Source: Bacteroidales bacterium
GTDB taxonomy: Bacteria > Bacteroidota > Bacteroidia > Bacteroidales > UBA932
NCBI GenBank assembly: GCA_017553545.1
Contig: JAFZKT010000072.1
Span: 3,690-67,689, forward strand
Direction of reading: 5' to 3'
Length of the DNA stretch: 64,000 bases
Made by a program: the position numbers and the translations under genes. Below are positions 58,933 through 64,000 of the stretch, piece after piece. The notes below the pieces were generated by a model. The model was not told the origin of the DNA, made no database searches, and was given only the letters and a program-made list of their open reading frames with translations. Every line of letters starts with the position of its first letter. Within the stretch, counting starts at the first letter, position 1.

Positions 58933-60098
58933 AAAAAAACCTTTTCCATTTGATGGCCGCGCTTCTTTTGACGGGCGTGGTCTCCTGCCAAAAAACGGCA
59001 CCCACTCCCCCCATTGCCCCCGATGCTGATAAACCTACGGGCCTGGTAACAGTCCGGATCGGCATTCCCGAAGAAGAGACGAAAGTCCTCGCCAACACCG
59101 ACAACGTGAAGGATTTCCAGATCAATTCCGTGCAGGTATTTGTCTTTGACCATTCCGATTATCCTACTGACGGCTCCGACAAACTGGAAACGGACTATTA
59201 TTATGAGCCGGCAACACCGGTATCCAATACGGTTGACGTCACGTTGAACATGACGACAGATTACAAATTCATCTACGTGCTGGTGAACAAGGCGAGGATG
59301 TACCGCGAGCGGGGAAGCTATACCCTGGCCGATTTCGAGGCCGAACTGGTGGATCTGGCGGAAAACAGCCCTACCGGACTCCTGATGGCCGGGAAGGGAA
59401 ACATTGAAGTGTATGGCTACAGCAATAATCAGGCGCCGCAGAGAATGGCCGTCTACGTACGCCGCCTCTGCGCGATGGTGAAACTCTCCAGCGTCAAGGT
59501 GGATTTCTCGCAGACTTCCCTCGCGGGCGCCACTTTCAAGATTACCGGGATGTACCTTAAAAATGCTGTAGGACGTGCCCGGATGGCGCTTTCCGGAGAC
59601 ACGAGCGATCCCGGTTCGGAGGGGATTGTCCCCTTCCTGCCCCTGTCATCGGCCCAATATGCAAACGCCGACTACTGGTATAACAAAATCACGCTTTCCG
59701 GCGGCTGTCCTGCCGTATTGGTGGACAATACCTGCAACGACGCCTGCAGCACGGACGGTACGGCTACTGCCATCGGCCGATGTCTGTTCCCCTTCCCGAA
59801 CGCCACCACGACGGACAGCCACAGCAATACCTGGTCGGCCCGAAAGACCCGTCTTACCGTCAAGGCGCACGTGACCAAGAATGCCGATGGAATCTCCATT
59901 GACGAGGATACTTACTACACCTTCGACTTGCCGGTATTGACATCGAACAAGGTTTACAACATTCAGAACATCCACATCACCCAGATGGGAAAACCCGACG
60001 ACAACACGGACGCTGAAGTTTGGGGAGCAGTAGTTTCCCCCACCATTCTCGTGGACGAATGGGACAGCGATGTCATCAACCTGAGTTATGAGTTCTAA
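58929..60098 (+). CDS. Type V pilin-like lipoprotein (candidate major fimbrillin)
   Basis: Lipobox VVSC, ETK| maturation-like site, INSVQVFVFD, RR.CAMV, YYTF.LP...NKVY. Confidence 0.7.
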   Translation: MKKNLFHLMAALLLTGVVSCQKTAPTPPIAPDADKPTGLVTVRIGIPEEETKVLANTDNVKDFQINSVQVFVFDHSDYPTDGSDKLETDYYYEPATPVSNTVDVTLNMTTDYKFIYVLVNKARMYRERGSYTLADFEAELVDLAENSPTGLLMAGKGNIEVYGYSNNQAPQRMAVYVRRLCAMVKLSSVKVDFSQTSLAGATFKITGMYLKNAVGRARMALSGDTSDPGSEGIVPFLPLSSAQYANADYWYNKITLSGGCPAVLVDNTCNDACSTDGTATAIGRCLFPFPNATTTDSHSNTWSARKTRLTVKAHVTKNADGISIDEDTYYTFDLPVLTSNKVYNIQNIHITQMGKPDDNTDAEVWGAVVSPTILVDEWDSDVINLSYEF

Positions 60099-60885
60099 AT
60101 TGCGCGCCCTGCTGCTTCTTTCGGTCCTGTCCCTGGCGTCCTGCCGGGGATGGGTGCTGGAAGACCGTACCGGCTGTCCCCGTTTGCTGTATTTCGACAT
60201 TCAGAATGCCGGCAGTTTCGAGGCGGGGACGAAGGTGCGGGTGCACGCATTCCCGCATCAGACGGGAGAACCCGTCCGTGAGGTGTCAACTACAGTCCGT
60301 GATATTCAGAGCCACATCTTTGGCGTGGAGGTCAGATCGGCGCAGCCGGTCGAAGGGTATGCTCTGTTAGGCGGGGAATCGCTGGTGCAGGGCGCCGACG
60401 GATATAGACTGCCTGCCGGGAAATCCTACGCTCCCCTCTTCCGTTTCGCCTACTTGACCAGCGTGCCGGAAGAATACGGCGTCCTTCCCGTTGAACTTTT
60501 AAAGGAGTACGCCGGGGTTCGTCTGCAGTTTGTGGGGGAAAGAGGTCCGCTTGCCGTGACGGTGCGCGCCAATACCTGCGGTCTTCGTCCGGATACGGGA
60601 GAACCGCTGCAGGGCCCTTTCGAGTGTCGCCTGTCAACGGACGATGATGGTTTTTACCATTTTAACCTCCCCCGCCTGACAGATAATCGGCTTACCCTGG
60701 AAATAACGGGTCAGAACGGCCTTCCGGAAACGCTGGACCTTTTCAGGATTCTGCAGGAGGACGGCGGTATCACCTGGAAAGAACGGAACCTGCCGGACGT
60801 GGGGCTGGTCATAGACAGCGTTGCGCGAACCGTGGAAGTGCGGGTGTCGCCCTGGGAATGGGAAGACCTCAGTTATGAATATTGA
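60088..60885 (+). CDS. FimB/Mfa2-like anchor pilin lipoprotein
   Basis: Lipobox LASC then EDRTGCP, no TK site; C-terminal VSPWE. Confidence 0.65.
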   Translation: MSSKLRALLLLSVLSLASCRGWVLEDRTGCPRLLYFDIQNAGSFEAGTKVRVHAFPHQTGEPVREVSTTVRDIQSHIFGVEVRSAQPVEGYALLGGESLVQGADGYRLPAGKSYAPLFRFAYLTSVPEEYGVLPVELLKEYAGVRLQFVGERGPLAVTVRANTCGLRPDTGEPLQGPFECRLSTDDDGFYHFNLPRLTDNRLTLEITGQNGLPETLDLFRILQEDGGITWKERNLPDVGLVIDSVARTVEVRVSPWEWEDLSYEY

Positions 60886-60887
60886 CT

Positions 60888-61901
60888 ATGCGAATCCGAT
60901 ATCTTCTCATAGGGCTTTCATCCCTCCTTCTGCCCGCCTGCATCAAACCGGCGGAGGAGCCTTCTCAAGTGAGCGTCTCCTTCCGTCTTTCGAGAGAGGA
61001 GACCAAAGTGACGGGTGCAAGTTATATGCAGGAAAGTGCCGTAATCCGCTGGAGCGTATTCGTGTTTGACGTCCGCACGGGCGGGTTCCGCTATGGCAGT
61101 TCGGCCGATGCCGCACCGGTGGTCTTCTCCCTGCAGGCAGGCCGGGTTTACCGCTGTCTGGCGCTGGCCAATTACCCGCTGACGGGTCCGGGAGCGTTGG
61201 ATCCGGCTTCCGTTTCATCGGCCGAAGACCTGACGGAAAAAGTGGCGGGACTGGACGACAATGAGCCCGGAAAGCTGCTGATGTACGGGGAAAGTATGCT
61301 GATGCCTGTCCCGGGTGAAGGAGAAAAGACAATCCTCGTGCGACGCCTGGTTTCCCGCCTGGAAGTGCGGGACATTTCAGTGGATTTCTCTTCCTGTCCG
61401 GAGTGGACGGGAAAGACGCTGTTACTGAGGCATCTATATATTACAAATGCGTATAAAACAACCCGCTATGGAGAGGATGTGACCTCCGTCTCCCCCGCAC
61501 GCTCCTCCTGGTACAACTCGCTGGGCTGGCATGGCGGAGGGGACGTATCCGCGTCGATGGACGCCCTGCTGGGCGACAGAGACTTGAACGTCGCCATCGA
61601 TGAATCGCACCCCTACTCTGCCGTTCACAGTTTTTATTTCTATCCGAACCCCGTGGAAGAGGATTCATACCGGACGGACAGCTGGACGCCCCGGCACACG
61701 CGACTGGTCCTGGAGGCGTCCGTAGACGGAGAGACGTATTATTATCCCATTGACATCCCCCCGGCGGGCCGGAACAGCGTTTTCTCGGCCACGGGCATCG
61801 TGATTCACGGTCCGGGGTGGGAACATCCGGAGGGCGGTACCATTAGCGGCAGTATGATAGACGTCGCTTGGGATGTGGCCGAATCAATAATCCTTGACTG
61901 A
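60888..61901 (+). CDS. Type V pilin-like lipoprotein (minor fimbrillin)
   Basis: Lipobox LPAC, EETK|V, VFVFD, ALAN, RRLVSR, TRLVLEA, YYYPI. Confidence 0.7.
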   Translation: MRIRYLLIGLSSLLLPACIKPAEEPSQVSVSFRLSREETKVTGASYMQESAVIRWSVFVFDVRTGGFRYGSSADAAPVVFSLQAGRVYRCLALANYPLTGPGALDPASVSSAEDLTEKVAGLDDNEPGKLLMYGESMLMPVPGEGEKTILVRRLVSRLEVRDISVDFSSCPEWTGKTLLLRHLYITNAYKTTRYGEDVTSVSPARSSWYNSLGWHGGGDVSASMDALLGDRDLNVAIDESHPYSAVHSFYFYPNPVEEDSYRTDSWTPRHTRLVLEASVDGETYYYPIDIPPAGRNSVFSATGIVIHGPGWEHPEGGTISGSMIDVAWDVAESIILD

Positions 61902-61906
61902 CTGTT

Positions 61907-64000
61907 ATGAAAAAGTACCTGATATTCTTTTTTGCCGCATCCGTTTTTGCTGCGTGCCAACATAAATACGAGGATGACTTTCCGGCCGTACCGGAAGGTG
62001 CGTTTTCCACTGTGACCGCCTCGCTCGTCAAGACCGATATGACCGGGTGGAAGTCGGTCTGCAGCGCTCGGGTGGAACAGTTTGTGGAAGCCTACCTGTT
62101 TGCATTCTATGCCGATGATGAACACGTCTGTGCGGTGAATCACGTCACACAGGCCGATACATTCCGCTGGACGCTCCCGCGGGGAGCGGATTTGGAAATC
62201 TGGGCGCTGGCCAATCCCCCGGACGACGCGCTTAAGCAGATGCTGGAGGGCTTCCTGACGGCGCCGGATTTGACGAAGCGGGACCTGCGGAATCTTCCGC
62301 CCTTTTCCTGCGCCTCCACGGCCGCTTTGAAAGAACTGGACGAGAATGGGAGGAATCTCCCGATGTCGGCCATTGTGCCGGTACATTTCACCGGTGTACG
62401 TGAAACGCTTTCCATCCCATTGGAGCGCCTATTCGCCAAATATTCGCTGAAACTGAACTGCTCCCGCTTCATAAGGGATGGCTGGTCCATCCGTACTGCT
62501 TCTGTCCGCTGCGTGAACAGCAACGGACGGGTCCCCTATTTCTACGACGGCCCAGGGGCCGGTTATGCCGCCCGGGCCGATGATCTGGTTTCCTGCCTGG
62601 ATTGCGCCGAGGGCACGGACCTGGAACTGCTGAATATATTCGGCGGCACCGGCACAACGGCAAAGCCAATTCCCTTTTACTTCCCGGAAAACTGCCAGGG
62701 AACCATTCTGGGTGCGGATGGTACGCCTGCGCAGAGTTGGAAAACCGTTTATCAGGACCTGGGCGCCCGAGTCTCCGCGTGTTCGTATTTGTCCATCAAC
62801 ATGGTGGCATCCAAAGAGGGCGTAGAAAGGAGTTTTTCATACCGGGTCTATCCTGGCGGTGAAACCCCGATGAACCGCAACTTTGACATCGTCCGGAATT
62901 CGGCCAGGACGCTTACCGTAACGCTGACGCCCGGACTGGAGACCGACAGTTTTTACTGGACGCCCACACAGAGGCTTTCCGTAGAGCCGGGCGGTACAAT
63001 AGACATTCCCTTTGAGACATCGATTGAGAATCCCCGTTTCTCCACCGTGGGAGTGGGATTGGAATGGGTGGAATCGCTTCCGGGACTTGCCCGTTACCGT
63101 GCTTCCGCCGATGCTCCGGAGAGCACGGTCTATGCCTTGGGCGGAGATGAAGGGTTCGAGGTGTCGGACCGGGTTCCGGTGAGCATTTCGGACCGATATA
63201 AACTAAAAGGAACCATTCCGCCGGGATGCGTGTATTATCAGCCTTTCCGCCTTTCCGTGAGCCCATACAGGGAGGAATGGCCTGATGATGTATCCCCGTC
63301 ATCACTTTCCGTCGTCTCTACGGCCGATGCCGGTCAGGAGGCCATTGAAATCCTTTCCGGGCCGCATCTCGACAGTGGCGGATGGTACTTCAACGCCTGC
63401 TGCTCGGGACCCCGTTCGGCGGCCGATCCGTCCGAAACGCTGCAGATCCGGGATGGTGACAACAATGTCCTGGGCGAAGTGGCGGTTCCTGACTTGCGGG
63501 ATATATTCAGTGTCCCTACCATCTTCTGCGACGGCCCGGATTTGACGCCCGACGGCTGTTTCATCCTTCCGATAAACGGAGAGGATTGCGCTACGGTGAA
63601 CCTTCAGTTTGAAACCGTGGACGGGGCCGATGTCCCGGTCCCGCTCAACCGTCTTTCGCTGGTTTCTTCGGACAGCGCCGTTGACGATCTATATGTGGAG
63701 TACGGCGCCCAGGGGACCCTGGATGTTTATCTTCCCTGCTGGGAAGGCATCCCCGGACTGCAGGAATTCGACCAGTCGCATCTGAGCGGCGAACCGTATC
63801 TGCAAAGCGTATCGAATGATTTGCGGCTGCATTCCAAAACCGGATATGTATTTCATTCCGAGGAGATTACTTTCCTGATTCCGAATCCATTCGCCGGCCT
63901 GGAAAAAACGCCCCCTCATGCCAGGATTGTGTGCGGCCGCAAAGCGGAGGCGCCCGCGGACTGGACGCTCAAGTCGGAGTTCGGAAGAGTCCTGGAATGG
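61907..64000 (+). CDS. Large pilin/adhesin-like lipoprotein, 3'-truncated by window edge
   Basis: ATG 61907 MKKYLIFFFAASVFAAC; WALAN, LERLFAKY and ENCQG fimbrillin-like motifs. No stop seen in the stretches checked; absent from the ORF track, as expected for an ORF running off the end. Confidence 0.7.
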   Translation, partial: MKKYLIFFFAASVFAACQHKYEDDFPAVPEGAFSTVTASLVKTDMTGWKSVCSARVEQFVEAYLFAFYADDEHVCAVNHVTQADTFRWTLPRGADLEIWALANPPDDALKQMLEGFLTAPDLTKRDLRNLPPFSCASTAALKELDENGRNLPMSAIVPVHFTGVRETLSIPLERLFAKYSLKLNCSRFIRDGWSIRTASVRCVNSNGRVPYFYDGPGAGYAARADDLVSCLDCAEGTDLELLNIFGGTGTTAKPIPFYFPENCQGTILGADGTPAQSWKTVYQDLGARVSACSYLSINMVASKEGVERSFSYRVYPGGETPMNRNFDIVRNSARTLTVTLTPGLETDSFYWTPTQRLSVEPGGTIDIPFETSIENPRFSTVGVGLEWVESLPGLARYRASADAPESTVYALGGDEGFEVSDRVPVSISDRYKLKGTIPPGCVYYQPFRLSVSPYREEWPDDVSPSSLSVVSTADAGQEAIEILSGPHLDSGGWYFNACCSGPRSAADPSETLQIRDGDNNVLGEVAVPDLRDIFSVPTIFCDGPDLTPDGCFILPINGEDCATVNLQFETVDGADVPVPLNRLSLVSSDSAVDDLYVEYGAQGTLDVYLPCWEGIPGLQEFDQSHLSGEPYLQSVSNDLRLHSKTGYVFHSEEITFLIPNPFAGLEKTPPHARIVCGRKAEAPADWTLKSEFGRVLEW

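Overview
This is a gene-dense, moderately GC-rich Bacteroidales chromosomal segment. Bacteroidota TAnnTTTG -7 promoter boxes occur throughout; an RC9/Cryptobacteroides-like lineage is an inference only. Most genes are housekeeping (cinA, queA, rlmD, rarA, speA, pfk, tsaA, gcvT-H-PA-PB, obgE, murF, dut, tgt). No tRNA, rRNA, CRISPR array or transposase was recognised. The notable items are: (1) a 28-bp dif-like site at 7117-7144, suggesting the replication terminus, near an XRE gene and an AT-rich region full of TTTACA/TGTAAA boxes; (2) a degenerate dihydroorotate-dehydrogenase-like pseudoenzyme coupled to cinA; (3) a mosaic intergenic repeat region at 29.2-29.8 kb with a 22-bp phased array and a 31-bp inverted-repeat element; (4) a stand-alone five-gene type II FAS/PKS-like module (long ACP, DH, mini chain-length-factor-like protein, KS, KR; no enoyl reductase) between a RyR-domain channel-like/nitroreductase operon and a TolC-HlyD-ABC exporter; (5) a tail-less SSB gene with a structured leader heading a type V pilus-like lipoprotein operon that runs off the window. 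All assignments come from motif recognition by eye; no searches were run.
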